Shown here one piece after another: positions 1 to 9,142 of a DNA stretch of 56,190 nt. The stretch is from a virus. Taxonomy: Duplodnaviria > Caudoviricetes. The position numbers were made by a program, and so were the translations under genes. The notes beneath the pieces were generated by a model. It saw nothing but the letters and a program-made list of their open reading frames with translations, was not told the DNA's origin and made no database searches. Positions within the stretch are counted from its first letter, which is position 1, and each line of letters opens with the position of its first letter. The stretch spans positions 1 through 56,190 of IMG/VR virus record IMGVR_UViG_3300024999_000126, one strand, 5' to 3'.

Positions 1-204
1 GACGTTTATTTATCTCTCCAAGCCTCTTATATAACCTATTCATTTCAGACTTAGATAGCTCTTTTATCTCAAAAGCATCCAAAGCTTTCCTATATTCTTC
101 AGCATATGTCTTTAACAATTTAGTAATGCTTTTTTCTAGCTTTGGATAATAAGAATTTTGTACTCGTCTTAAAACCTTAACTAATTTAGGATTAAGCTTC
201 TTAG
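1..204. repeat. 204-bp direct repeat, copy 1 (copy 2 at 54907-55110)
   Basis: Direct comparison: identical except position 128 (g) versus 55034 (a), a synonymous Ser codon change. Confidence 0.95.
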
Positions 205-226
205 CGTTCTTTTTAGAAGCTGCCAT
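1..226 (-). CDS. Second copy of the MuF minor head protein N-terminus (MAASKKNAKKLNPKLVKVLRR...), running off the left edge; in frame with the methyltransferase at 56190-55571 if the contig is circular
   Basis: ATG at 226-224 directly after the portal stop. nt 1-204 match 54907-55110. Joining nt 1 to nt 56190 reads ...KR-QYKQ-MSPEDW with no stop. Confidence 0.75.
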   Translation of the reverse strand, partial: MAASKKNAKKLNPKLVKVLRRVQNSYYPKLEKSITKLLKTYAEEYRKALDAFEIKELSKSEMNRLYKRLGEINKR

Positions 227-228
227 TT

Positions 229-1521
229 TTATTCCTCTTCTGCTTTACCAGGCTTATTGTCAGGCTCTCCAACTGGCTCAGTATCTATCTCTTCAAAATC
301 GTCACCCATCACTGGTATTTCATTCATTGGCATATAGACTACATTCCCACCCTCTATTGCCTCTTTGCCAACAAGCTCTCTTTGCTCGTTAACTAGTAAA
401 TACCCTTTTCCTTTCACAGCTCTTTCATATTTCTTATCAATATCCTCTTGCAAAGCTTTAACGTCATCGAAGTTTGGAACGATGTTATACTCGTCACTGT
501 TCAAACCAAAGTCTGGAAACAAACTATGAGCAAGAGTGTTGCCTATCATTGCACATTCTGGAACAACCATTTCGTCATAGTAACTTTCTTTAGCTTGAGC
601 ATAGTTACTATATGTTGCTGCGTCCATCCCTGCTTTAGAACCAACAATAATTGGAGGAATACTAAAGGCCATACAAACACGTGTCTCTAACCTGGGCCAC
701 AGATTACCAAAATCAAGCTCATTCAAGCTTAGTCCCATTTTAGTCCAAGTAGCTCCACCTTCAAGCAACCCTGGTAGACCGGCATTTACTGCTCCACTCC
801 ACATTGCCGTCATTTCTTGCTTAGCTCTTTTAAACTCATCATCTGTTAGATTTTCACCTATTGAAAAGATACCAGATACTACTGCCATATTTGCAAGCAA
901 GTACTTTATGTATTTGTCAGTCTCATTATCAGCATCAACGGACATTGAAGCTGCCAACAAGGGAGGGAAACCATAATAATCATTAGCTGGGTCTGTGTAT
1001 AAAAACTGAATCATATCTTCAGCAGGACATGGATACCAGATACCGCCTACTTTAATTTCCCATCCAGAAATATATTCTTTAGAGTCAGCTATCGGCCTTA
1101 CATCATTAGGTTTTCTATTCCATAATTCTACTACTTGACCACTTCCAGAACGTACCTTATGTAGATATGCAGTACCAGTCCCATCAAGATGATATTGTAA
1201 TTTCTCTATTACCTGCTCCCTACTCCTATAAGGATTCGGTCGCGATAAGAGCTTTGAGATAGGATTACCTTCTACTTCTGAGCCATCCTTCTTTACTAGC
1301 CTAAATGGAGGTTCTTTTACTGATGTTGCATTCTGTCGCATACATGCATATACTAATCCATTACCCTTAAATCCCTCATTTATTAAAGTTTCAAAGTCAT
1401 GAGGCATATCCTGTCCACGACTCGATTGAGAGGGTGAGATTAGAGCTACTTTCCTGTTAGGTTGAGGAGCCGTATCTACTCTAGCTTTCAGCTCTCGTAT
1501 AAATAATTGAATAAAGCTCAC
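229..1521 (-). CDS. Phage portal protein, HK97 family
   Basis: LLSRPNP, G.AYL, YYGFPPL, LLEGGATWTKMG, AFSIPPIIVG, YSNYAQA and VNEQRE motifs; follows TerL. Confidence 0.93.
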   Translation of the reverse strand: MSFIQLFIRELKARVDTAPQPNRKVALISPSQSSRGQDMPHDFETLINEGFKGNGLVYACMRQNATSVKEPPFRLVKKDGSEVEGNPISKLLSRPNPYRSREQVIEKLQYHLDGTGTAYLHKVRSGSGQVVELWNRKPNDVRPIADSKEYISGWEIKVGGIWYPCPAEDMIQFLYTDPANDYYGFPPLLAASMSVDADNETDKYIKYLLANMAVVSGIFSIGENLTDDEFKRAKQEMTAMWSGAVNAGLPGLLEGGATWTKMGLSLNELDFGNLWPRLETRVCMAFSIPPIIVGSKAGMDAATYSNYAQAKESYYDEMVVPECAMIGNTLAHSLFPDFGLNSDEYNIVPNFDDVKALQEDIDKKYERAVKGKGYLLVNEQRELVGKEAIEGGNVVYMPMNEIPVMGDDFEEIDTEPVGEPDNKPGKAEEE

Positions 1522-1674
1522 TTAAGTCTCCCCTCCCTGCAATAAGTATCCAATAACAGCAAATAATATCCCTATAACGAGTAAAGCTAATGAAACACTT
1601 ATAGTCCACAATGAACAAATAATGATGATAAATCCAACCAGCTCTAGAGCATTACTAATAAATTGTTTTGTCAT
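1522..1674 (-). CDS. Small membrane protein between TerL and portal
   Basis: Hydrophobic two-TM peptide MTKQFISNALELVGFIIIICSLW...; this position is common in HK97-like phages. Start chosen at ATG 1674. Confidence 0.6.
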   Translation of the reverse strand: MTKQFISNALELVGFIIIICSLWTISVSLALLVIGILFAVIGYLLQGGET

Positions 1675-1675
1675 G

Positions 1676-2926
1676 TTAACCCGCCATACTCCTAAATCGT
1701 ACTTTTGGCTTATCACTTGCCATCTCATCTTCATAAGCGTATCTCAATGCATCTATCAAATGGTTATCTTTATCAACTGGAACTCTCATTGCATTGCCAT
1801 TTTTATCTTCTTTCCACTTATACTTCTGTAGTTCATTCTTAGTATTCTGGCAACTTATATCAATTACGATATCTTGCCGCTGTAACCACTGAATACCATA
1901 GTTAACGGAATCAGGTCCCTTAACTGCACCTGTTGCATTAACGCCGAAAGACTTCAATTCTGCTATCGACTTTGGCTCTGCACTATCCCAAACAACAAGC
2001 TGTCTACCTACTATCTCTAATGTTGCTTCAGCCAACCTGTCGTTAGTTAAGCCGGTTTCATATAGCTCGTCAAGAACATATATCCTGCTTCTCTTCTTAT
2101 CATATGCAGTATGTATTAAGCCGGCAGGATGTGAAGAGAATCCAAAGTCTCCACCATTCTTTAGTTTATCAAGCTTATCTCTAATCTCTGATAAGTCTTC
2201 TGTTCTCCAATTAGTAAAGATGACGTGCCCTAAAATGCCCCAGTTTCCTAATGTGTAGACGTCGTAATAATATTTATCAGTTTCACTCTCAAGAGCTTCA
2301 ATATCGTCTTCCTCGAGGAATTTATTATCTTTATACGTAGTTTTAACGATAAGAAGATTATCTTGATGATAAACAGCCTTACTATCATCCCAACCACCAA
2401 AGAAAGTATCATATATCCAATGGTCTTGCAAAATTGGATTAAATGACAGTATAAGACGTTTCTTGTTTTTAGATTTACCTCTAAGGCGCTTTCCTAACTG
2501 TTTAATGTCTCTCTTAATTGTCTCAGTAGCTTCCTCTATCCATACATCTGTAATTACACCGAGTTCAGGAGTAATTGATTTGATTTTCTCAGTATCATCA
2601 AGGCCACAAAATATTATTTGATAGCCATTAACGCATGTGATAACTAAATCAGTTTTGTTGATTGAAAACAAGTCTTGAAGCTTGAATCGTTTAATAGCTT
2701 TAGTTATCTCATTAAATACAGATTTACGTATAGTTTTCTGTACGTTTCTAGCTATAAGGTAATTACGCCCTCCCTTTACAATATCAAGCACACATCTTTG
2801 CGCTAAAAATACTGACTTTCCAGATGACGCACCACCAAAGAATATTTGTGTTCTTGTTTCATCATATAAGTAAGGAAAGTAGACTTCATTGAATACCTTC
2901 TTACTTATTTTAATATCAATCAACAT
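1676..2926 (-). CDS. terL: Terminase large subunit, PBSX family
   Basis: Walker A GGASSGKS, Walker B WIEEATE, SFNP coupling motif, nuclease motifs DFGF, DSAEPKSI and NHLIDALRYA. Confidence 0.96.
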   Translation of the reverse strand: MLIDIKISKKVFNEVYFPYLYDETRTQIFFGGASSGKSVFLAQRCVLDIVKGGRNYLIARNVQKTIRKSVFNEITKAIKRFKLQDLFSINKTDLVITCVNGYQIIFCGLDDTEKIKSITPELGVITDVWIEEATETIKRDIKQLGKRLRGKSKNKKRLILSFNPILQDHWIYDTFFGGWDDSKAVYHQDNLLIVKTTYKDNKFLEEDDIEALESETDKYYYDVYTLGNWGILGHVIFTNWRTEDLSEIRDKLDKLKNGGDFGFSSHPAGLIHTAYDKKRSRIYVLDELYETGLTNDRLAEATLEIVGRQLVVWDSAEPKSIAELKSFGVNATGAVKGPDSVNYGIQWLQRQDIVIDISCQNTKNELQKYKWKEDKNGNAMRVPVDKDNHLIDALRYAYEDEMASDKPKVRFRSMAG

Positions 2927-3383
2927 CGTCTTCTACTGCCACTCTAATAGTAATATCAGTTTTACCTATTTGCTCGAAACGCTTCTTATACTTATCGGGC
3001 TTAGTGCCCTCGAGTAACTGCTTCATTAAATAGTCTGAGTAGTTGCGTTTATGACCAACAAGGATTCCTCCCTGATATATTGGTTCAAGGACTCCATCGT
3101 TTGCTCTACGCATTGCCTCGCCTTCAAGAATATCTCCTGCTAATTCTTCTGCATCCTCAAAAGCTTTAGCGTAATTTTCGTCTTTAGCTTTCCAACGATA
3201 GTGGTCTTGACGCGGTACGCCGCTATCTATTGCAGCGTATGTTAGTATGCCGCGTATTATATAGGCTGCCAAGAATCTTCTTTGGTCTCTCTGTTTTATT
3301 CCATGACTTACCATAAAATCTTTGATAAATTGCTTGTGCGTTGGGTTGTTAGGCTGTAACAACGTGCTCTTGACTGCACACAC
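2916..3383 (-). CDS. terS: Terminase small subunit
   Basis: HTH-like N-terminus, Y.W...D..FA.A...A and RRA..G..EP.Y..G...YSD.L pattern; overlaps the TerL start. Confidence 0.85.
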   Translation of the reverse strand: MCAVKSTLLQPNNPTHKQFIKDFMVSHGIKQRDQRRFLAAYIIRGILTYAAIDSGVPRQDHYRWKAKDENYAKAFEDAEELAGDILEGEAMRRANDGVLEPIYQGGILVGHKRNYSDYLMKQLLEGTKPDKYKKRFEQIGKTDITIRVAVEDDVD

Positions 3384-3455
3384 TTATTTTTACCCCCTTT
3401 TACTGCATTTAAGTAGCACCTTACTAAGTGCCCCTCTATTCGTACTGTTATATTT

Positions 3456-3704
3456 TTATTCTTTATGTATATTTTCTTTTTCTACTAGTTTTTCATATTC
3501 GCACAACATAACGTCGAACTCTGGATTTACATCGTAGCATTTAACGATTACATCGCATCTAGCGCATGAGTCAGTATCTACTACCATACAGTCTATTCCC
3601 TCTGCGATTGATTCTAGAATTTTAAATATAACGTTGCTTTCTAATGGGTGACCGAGCTTATCAACATACTTTTGTTCTTTTAGTCTATCGGTTAACTCGC
3701 GCAC
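3456..3704 (-). CDS. Hypothetical protein with CxxC
   Basis: ORF with a GAGGA RBS; no family recognised. Confidence 0.5.
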   Translation of the reverse strand: MRELTDRLKEQKYVDKLGHPLESNVIFKILESIAEGIDCMVVDTDSCARCDVIVKCYDVNPEFDVMLCEYEKLVEKENIHKE

Positions 3705-4241
3705 TTTATCCTCCTATGCCGTTTCTTTTCTAATACCCTGATTGCTCTTTAAAGTACTTAGCCATCCGCTCAGCTCCATTAGCAATTAAGTTTAAAGCGA
3801 TAAGCGGTGTAAATAAAATACATTGCCCAACAGCGATTAAGAGACGCTTATGGTCATACCACAGATTGCTAATAAATTGTTTCATGACTATTGTCTCCCA
3901 GCTTGTTCTTCTTCACGTAGCACTTTACATTGAAACTTACCTGTATTGTGCTTCCCTTTGCCCCTAGTTTCGCAGTTTAACAAATGATAAAAATACTGTT
4001 TTTCTCTGCAAAAGCAAGTATTTTTATGCTCTCCGTGGCAAGGCCTGCCTTTACATTTATCAACCATTACTCGGCCCTTCTACCGCTAACAAACAATATT
4101 TATCGGGATTTTCATTTACACAGCGTTTCTGTTTATCACAAGCAATACATTTGATTGATGATTGAACGTGTATTTCTCCTCCAGATGATGATTCATCCGA
4201 TATAACTGGGCAGCCATATAATCTTTTTTCTTTCATGTCAA

Positions 4242-4472
4242 TTATTCCCCTCTAATTTCAATCCTTATTACTTGATAAACAGCTGGATAAGTAGTATCTT
4301 TATCATATTCAAACCACATACAATCAACACAACTTCTTTCAGTTGGAGGATTCAAATTACACCCACTACATGCCGTATTTCTAGCTATCATAAAATCTAC
4401 TTCAATACTCAAATCTAACCGCTGTTCTTTTCTTGTCATTATTTTCATCTCTTTTCTGTCCTTTATTCTCAA
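4242..4472 (-). CDS. Hypothetical Cys-rich protein
   Basis: CSGC and CVDC motifs; on the coding strand. Confidence 0.45.
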   Translation of the reverse strand: MRIKDRKEMKIMTRKEQRLDLSIEVDFMIARNTACSGCNLNPPTERSCVDCMWFEYDKDTTYPAVYQVIRIEIRGE

Positions 4473-4794
4473 TTCACCAGCTTGACTCTGTGAATACTTC
4501 TTAAAGCTAATGATAATCTATATTACTTACTTATTTTACTTATGATTTAACCTCATAGCTAACGTGAGATATTTTTCTTATTTGAGATTTAATGAGCACT
4601 ATCTCTAAACACTCATTATGCTCATTAGACCACATCTTACAAGCAGAATATATACAAGATGCCGAAGACAGAATGTTATTGTCATCAACTGAAGCTTGTA
4701 CTGTTCTATGGCAATTCATACAACTTATCTCCTTTTTACTACTTTCCTACAAAGTCCTGGATTTTCAAAGCATTTCTTTTTCAATTTACAGTTT

Positions 4795-5046
4795 TTACAC
4801 TTTTTCAAGCGCCTCTAAAGCCTCTCTTCCTTCTACTAAATAATCAAGACCACACTCAAAAATAAAGTTTCCAGGTCTTCCTTCATCAAATTCGAGCATA
4901 ACCCCGTCTCTAGTTCTATTCAATACTTTTGCAATATCTCCACGTTTAAACTGCTTTATAGCGTATTCATCGTCTTTTGCCATAGTAAGGGTTTCTTTTT
5001 TAGCTAGTTCATCATATATTTCAGCTACTTGTTTATTAGAAGCCAT
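4795..5046 (-). CDS. Hypothetical protein
   Basis: ORF with GAGAGG RBS on the coding strand. Confidence 0.55.
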   Translation of the reverse strand: MASNKQVAEIYDELAKKETLTMAKDDEYAIKQFKRGDIAKVLNRTRDGVMLEFDEGRPGNFIFECGLDYLVEGREALEALEKV

Positions 5047-5121
5047 TCAAACCTCTCTTATTAACAATGATAATGATAGCACCCTAGAAAAAGTAGGGTG
5101 CTACCACCATCTCAATTAACG

Positions 5122-5685
5122 TTAATACCATCTATGTGACAGCCAAAACTGTTTAGCTTCGACTGGAGTTCTGTATCTACCAACAATGTATTCACAACCA
5201 GCTTTAGTTTCGCTTTCAGCATCACCTAATATCATCCATTTAGGGGAATTACCAAGCTGAAATAATCCCTTATATTTCCCTGACTTGCTAAGTCCTCCCG
5301 GCTTAATACATTCATGAGCCGATATCCAAACAAGAGCATCAAGATTTGCGTTATCTGTCCAATATTTTCTTCCTACGCTTCTTATTACTGAAGCATACGG
5401 GTGAGACCTATCTGTTCCGCGGCTTACAGTCTGTTTTCGCTTAAGTTCATTCAAAACAATTTGTGCTTTTAAGCTAATAGTATTTGCATTCTTTTCAATA
5501 GAGGGTGACGGCTTACCACCTACTATTTTCCCAGTAACATTGTTTAGCCATTTTCCACTTAAGCACGTATAGCCATAAATGCTATTACTAGATGCGAATG
5601 CTGAAGTAGGTAATAAATCTAACAACATCACTATTGCCAACATGACTACGATTGAAACAAAGGGTCTTTTCTTAATATAGCTCAC
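5122..5685 (-). CDS. Secreted lytic transglycosylase-like (SLT/aggregation-promoting-factor-like) protein
   Basis: Sec signal peptide ending AFA, VSRG linker, catalytic-type HE, GLFQL, C-terminal YI..RY..P..A..FW..H.WY. Confidence 0.75.
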   Translation of the reverse strand: MSYIKKRPFVSIVVMLAIVMLLDLLPTSAFASSNSIYGYTCLSGKWLNNVTGKIVGGKPSPSIEKNANTISLKAQIVLNELKRKQTVSRGTDRSHPYASVIRSVGRKYWTDNANLDALVWISAHECIKPGGLSKSGKYKGLFQLGNSPKWMILGDAESETKAGCEYIVGRYRTPVEAKQFWLSHRWY

Positions 5686-5752
5686 CTCCTACGACAAAAG
5701 GTTTCTATAATAAAAGGGAGCCTTTCAGCTCCCTGTATTTTAGCTTTCAATC

Positions 5753-6094
5753 TTAGCTCAATCTTAACGGATAAGCTCCACCAGTTTCACTTTTTACAAA
5801 CCATTCTCCATTACCTTCATGCCACTTAATCTTCATGAGCTTATCATCTTTTTCAATAATCGCCCATATTACGTTGAATCCATCTAGCCAACCATCTGAG
5901 CCCCACCATACTCTATGAACTTGTACTGTTGGGTCATCTTCGTGCATTTTTATGATTGAGATTATAGCTTTGTGCCTTGAATCCGACATCTTGGCATCCA
6001 TCTCACTGAATACTGAAAGTGGAATGCTTCCAATTCGTCTGATGCTCTCACCTACATGTGCTTCGTGCAAATAATCTCTTTTTCTCTTAGACAT
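5753..6094 (-). CDS. Hypothetical early protein (start MSKRKRDY)
   Basis: GGGGGAACC RBS and a class-I promoter directly upstream; the longer ORF-track start overlaps the promoter. Confidence 0.6.
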   Translation of the reverse strand: MSKRKRDYLHEAHVGESIRRIGSIPLSVFSEMDAKMSDSRHKAIISIIKMHEDDPTVQVHRVWWGSDGWLDGFNVIWAIIEKDDKLMKIKWHEGNGEWFVKSETGGAYPLRLS

Positions 6095-6136
6095 TTTCGG
6101 TTCCCCCTTAGAGTAGCTATCATTTACCTTGATTCC

Positions 6137-6169
6137 AGTATATCTCGTGGGAGAACCATTGTACATACT
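6137..6169 (-). promoter_or_regulatory. Class-I repeated promoter AGTATGTAC-N18-TATACT
   Basis: One of six copies with identical spacing; followed by AAGGTAAA and a GGGGGAAC RBS. Confidence 0.75.
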
Positions 6170-6246
6170 TTTTTAAAAAATATTCTCATAAAAATAGGGA
6201 GAAAAGAGAACCTTCCCAAATCCCCCAACTCCCTATTTTTATGCAA

Positions 6247-6477
6247 CTATCTTTCAAGAAATTCTTCAAGGCCTTCAATAATCTTCTTGAGCGTTATGCA
6301 TTCTTCTCGCCAATAATTCTTCATAATCTCTGTATAGCTTACTGTATATGAATCTAAATATTCTTTAGTTCTTGGTCTATTTGAATCATGCTTTTTCCAT
6401 ATTTTGTATTCTTTGTAAGCATACCTGAGATGTTCTTTAAGAATTTTGACTTGTTTCCGTAGTTCACTTCTCTTCAT
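6247..6477 (-). CDS. Hypothetical protein
   Basis: ORF on the coding strand followed by a hairpin/T-tract at about 6190-6240. Confidence 0.5.
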   Translation of the reverse strand: MKRSELRKQVKILKEHLRYAYKEYKIWKKHDSNRPRTKEYLDSYTVSYTEIMKNYWREECITLKKIIEGLEEFLER

Positions 6478-6686
6478 GCCATTTCTCGCTTAATTCTCTA
6501 GTTAACCAGATGTCGCGTACTTGACTTTCTATTAAACCTTATATATAAACATTAAGCCTACATATAAACCTCCTTAGATGTCATTTAACAAATCAAGACA
6601 TGTTACCTACTTTTCGTTAATATCATTATATACCATTAAGTACTTTAGATTTTATCAAGTTTCAAGCTTTTATCTTTCATCAATAT

Positions 6687-7319
6687 TTAGACTTGGATAT
6701 CGTCAACTATGACAGGCATAACTTCTTTAAACCAATCGTATATCATTATTGCAATCTCTCTCATCTGAGGATGAGCTTTTGTTGAAGTCCTTAGCTTGAG
6801 GAAGTGTCTCCACTCTCTCAAGTTCATTGTTATGACAATCTCTGTCTTAAGAGAATTTGGAAGAACAGAACGAGCTTCTTGAGCTGTAGCCTGTTTTTCA
6901 ATAAGCGTTAAGTAATGATACTCAGCATCCTGCATTGCCATTTTCCAAAACTCATATTGCTTACTATCCTCATTCCAGAAACATGGCTTGATGAACGTTA
7001 ACTCTCTACCAAATTTATCTTTCGAATAATTACAGTAGCGGGTACTTTCTTGCGAATAAGATGCAATTCTGTGGCGTACTATCTCGTGTGTAACCCCTCT
7101 ATCACAAACCACTTTAAACGTTACATAGCCATGCTCAATGACGCTCTCATGACCAGATGCAATCACTCTTCTGACAAAATCCTCTGCAGAGTTAGTCGTG
7201 ATTTTGTCTTCTGATTTATAACATGTTCTTCCAGCTTGTTCGATTTTTTTTAAAATCTGGTCTTCACTAAAGAACATCATGTCATTTTGTATTTCAATAT
7301 ACGGCTTGATAATTTTCAC
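6687..7319 (-). CDS. thyX: FAD-dependent thymidylate synthase
   Basis: GHESVIEH, intact signature RHRIASYSQESTRY, ARSVLP, NLREWRHFLKLR, AHPQMR. Confidence 0.97.
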   Translation of the reverse strand: MKIIKPYIEIQNDMMFFSEDQILKKIEQAGRTCYKSEDKITTNSAEDFVRRVIASGHESVIEHGYVTFKVVCDRGVTHEIVRHRIASYSQESTRYCNYSKDKFGRELTFIKPCFWNEDSKQYEFWKMAMQDAEYHYLTLIEKQATAQEARSVLPNSLKTEIVITMNLREWRHFLKLRTSTKAHPQMREIAIMIYDWFKEVMPVIVDDIQV

Positions 7320-7332
7320 AACATTCTCCTTA

Positions 7333-7752
7333 CTATAGCGATATTATTCCCAATGATATGCCAACCGAGATTGTTATATCTTTTCGTATCCTGAAAAACT
7401 CTGCTTGCGAAATATACATTTCGTTGTGAACTCTTCTATAATGCATTTTCTTAACAAAGAATTTTTCAAATACTTCTCTATGCTTGTCTTCCAAAAGCAA
7501 TAAAGATTTGTCAATTGCCGAAATATTCTCTTTCCATCTCTCAAGCATTCGATAATCTATCAACTGAAATACTTTATTCATTACTACATTTGAATATCCA
7601 GTAGGAGCTATACATACTTCTCTAATTGGAGTTTCAGCAATAATAGATTCTTCTACCTCTTTAATCATTTTCTTTCTTATTTCATAATGTCTTAATTCTC
7701 CTTCAATGTAAATCTTTTCATGCTCCAACATTTGAATACTGTGTGATGACAA
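7333..7752 (-). CDS. RinA/ArpU-like phage transcriptional regulator
   Basis: YIEGELRHY N-terminus and C-terminal HTH (YISQAEFFRIRK). Confidence 0.75.
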   Translation of the reverse strand: MSSHSIQMLEHEKIYIEGELRHYEIRKKMIKEVEESIIAETPIREVCIAPTGYSNVVMNKVFQLIDYRMLERWKENISAIDKSLLLLEDKHREVFEKFFVKKMHYRRVHNEMYISQAEFFRIRKDITISVGISLGIISL

Positions 7753-7770
7753 CTATTACCACCCCTCAAC

Positions 7771-8232
7771 TTAGAATACTAGCATAGCTCTTACGTCGTT
7801 TAGCCTTCTATGTACTGTAGCTTGAGATGTTTTCATCCTAGTTGCACATTCATGCTGAGACAAACCTTTTAAACGAAGCTGAACTAATAGCTTTTCATCA
7901 GCTGACAACTTTTTAATGACCTTTTTGTACTCTACTCTGAACTCAACTTCACTAAAACCATTCAACCTCGCAGCTTCACTTATACTTATGTCACATGGAA
8001 TAGGCTGCCTAATTTCTTTATTGAACATTCTCTTAAGCCTATTCATGATAACTTGTGTTGCATAAGCTGCAAATCTCCCTTTGTCAACGTCATACTCGTT
8101 AGCAGCTATCACTAATCCCAAAAAAGCCTCTTGTTCCCTATCTTGCCTATTAAGAGTTTGAAATTTAGATGATAAAGATTTTGCTAGTGGCATGTAATTG
8201 ACAATTAAAGCTTCTTTTAACGAATGATTCAA
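7771..8232 (-). CDS. RNA polymerase sigma-70 family factor (regions 2 and 4)
   Basis: LIVNYMPLA, D.EQEAFLGL..A..YD..KG.FAAYA, and a region-4 HTH GLSQHECA..MKTSQATVHR. Confidence 0.88.
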   Translation of the reverse strand: MNHSLKEALIVNYMPLAKSLSSKFQTLNRQDREQEAFLGLVIAANEYDVDKGRFAAYATQVIMNRLKRMFNKEIRQPIPCDISISEAARLNGFSEVEFRVEYKKVIKKLSADEKLLVQLRLKGLSQHECATRMKTSQATVHRRLNDVRAMLVF

Positions 8233-8371
8233 CTCAATGCTCCTTAAGATAGTGCTTGCTTAAATGTCAAAAAAATAAAGGTACGCCAAGCTAAATTGGG
8301 GGAACCAAACGCTCAGCGTACCTTTAATTACATCAAATTTATGTAGCAATTTCTTACAAGAGACTTAGAAT

Positions 8372-8797
8372 CTAGTCATCCTCATCTTCATCATCTAGCA
8401 AGTCATCCAAGTCATCCAAGTCGTCGTCATCCTCGTCTTCGTCTTCTTCATCTTTCTTGGATTTCTTCTTAGTAGCCTTTTTATCTTCTTTCTTCTTGTC
8501 TTTCTTCTTGCTCTTCTTAGCCGGCTTCTCTTCCTTCTTTGCTTTCTTTGCTTTCTTTGGTTTTTCCTCTTCTACCTCATCATCGTCGTCTACATCAACG
8601 TTTTTGTGACCATCACGTATGATTCTTTCGATTTGACGAGCCGAAATGTGCTGAGGAACAGAGTTAATTATCTCTTCCGGAGTGGCTGTCGCAAAAAGCG
8701 GAAACCTTCCCCCAATATCAGCTCTGTCCTCTTTACTTCCGCTTTTGAGAGCTTCAAAAGCTTCGCCAACTGTCCATCTTTTTGCCATTTTCTTCAT
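8372..8797 (-). CDS. Hypothetical protein with Lys-rich and Asp/Glu-rich tail
   Basis: Globular ~60 aa followed by KKAKKAKKEEKP... and a poly-D/E end; hairpin at about 8277-8325 downstream. Confidence 0.7.
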   Translation of the reverse strand: MKKMAKRWTVGEAFEALKSGSKEDRADIGGRFPLFATATPEEIINSVPQHISARQIERIIRDGHKNVDVDDDDEVEEEKPKKAKKAKKEEKPAKKSKKKDKKKEDKKATKKKSKKDEEDEDEDDDDLDDLDDLLDDEDEDD

Positions 8798-8890
8798 CCT
8801 CCTAGTAGTTGTTTTCTTACATAACTTTTTACTTTTTATCCCCCATTTTTAAATTGTCAAAGAGCATGCTTGCGATTTCTATCTTTGTAT

Positions 8891-8980
8891 TGCTCCAACT
8901 CTAGGGATTGAACCTAGCAAGGACTGCGCGCACAGTTCTTCGAGCACCTCAAGAGAATAAATCTCTTCCACTCAGTTGGA
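8891..8980 (-). ncRNA. tRNA-like element (perfect acceptor stem and T-arm, non-canonical D and anticodon arms)
   Basis: Minus strand: TCCAACT/AGTTGGA 7-bp stem, CTAGG-TTCAATC-CCTAG T-arm, internal hairpins AAGAGA/TCTCTT and AAGAACTG/CAGTCCTT. Confidence 0.6.
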
Positions 8981-8981
8981 A

Positions 8982-9142
8982 TATTGGTCTTTTACAAGTT
9001 TCCACCGTGATTAGCGCTGTTATCAAGCTCGCTCGCCGGAGAGATTCCGTATTTACTGATTTTACAGCGCCACGGCTGGCATCCGGTCTGCACAGTGCTC
9101 ATCCTGCCAGTTTGTTCGCTATCTCATTTAAGAGGACCAATA
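8982..9142 (-). ncRNA. Candidate structured ncRNA (~160 nt, multi-stem)
   Basis: Closing stem TATTGGTC/GACCAATA; inner stems CTGGCA/TGCCAG, CCGTG/CACGG and GCGCTGT/ACAGCGC; GC-rich, no coding-strand ORF. Confidence 0.5.

Noticed and set aside
1-204. Terminal direct repeat of the virion DNA
   Set aside because: The second copy is internal (ends 1080 bp before the window end), differs by a SNP and has a different upstream start.
8891-8980. Functional tRNA or ochre suppressor (loop ATTTATT could give anticodon UUA)
   Set aside because: No proper D-arm, a pyrimidine at position 37 and no encoded CCA; TAA is used normally as a stop, so there is no sign of recoding.
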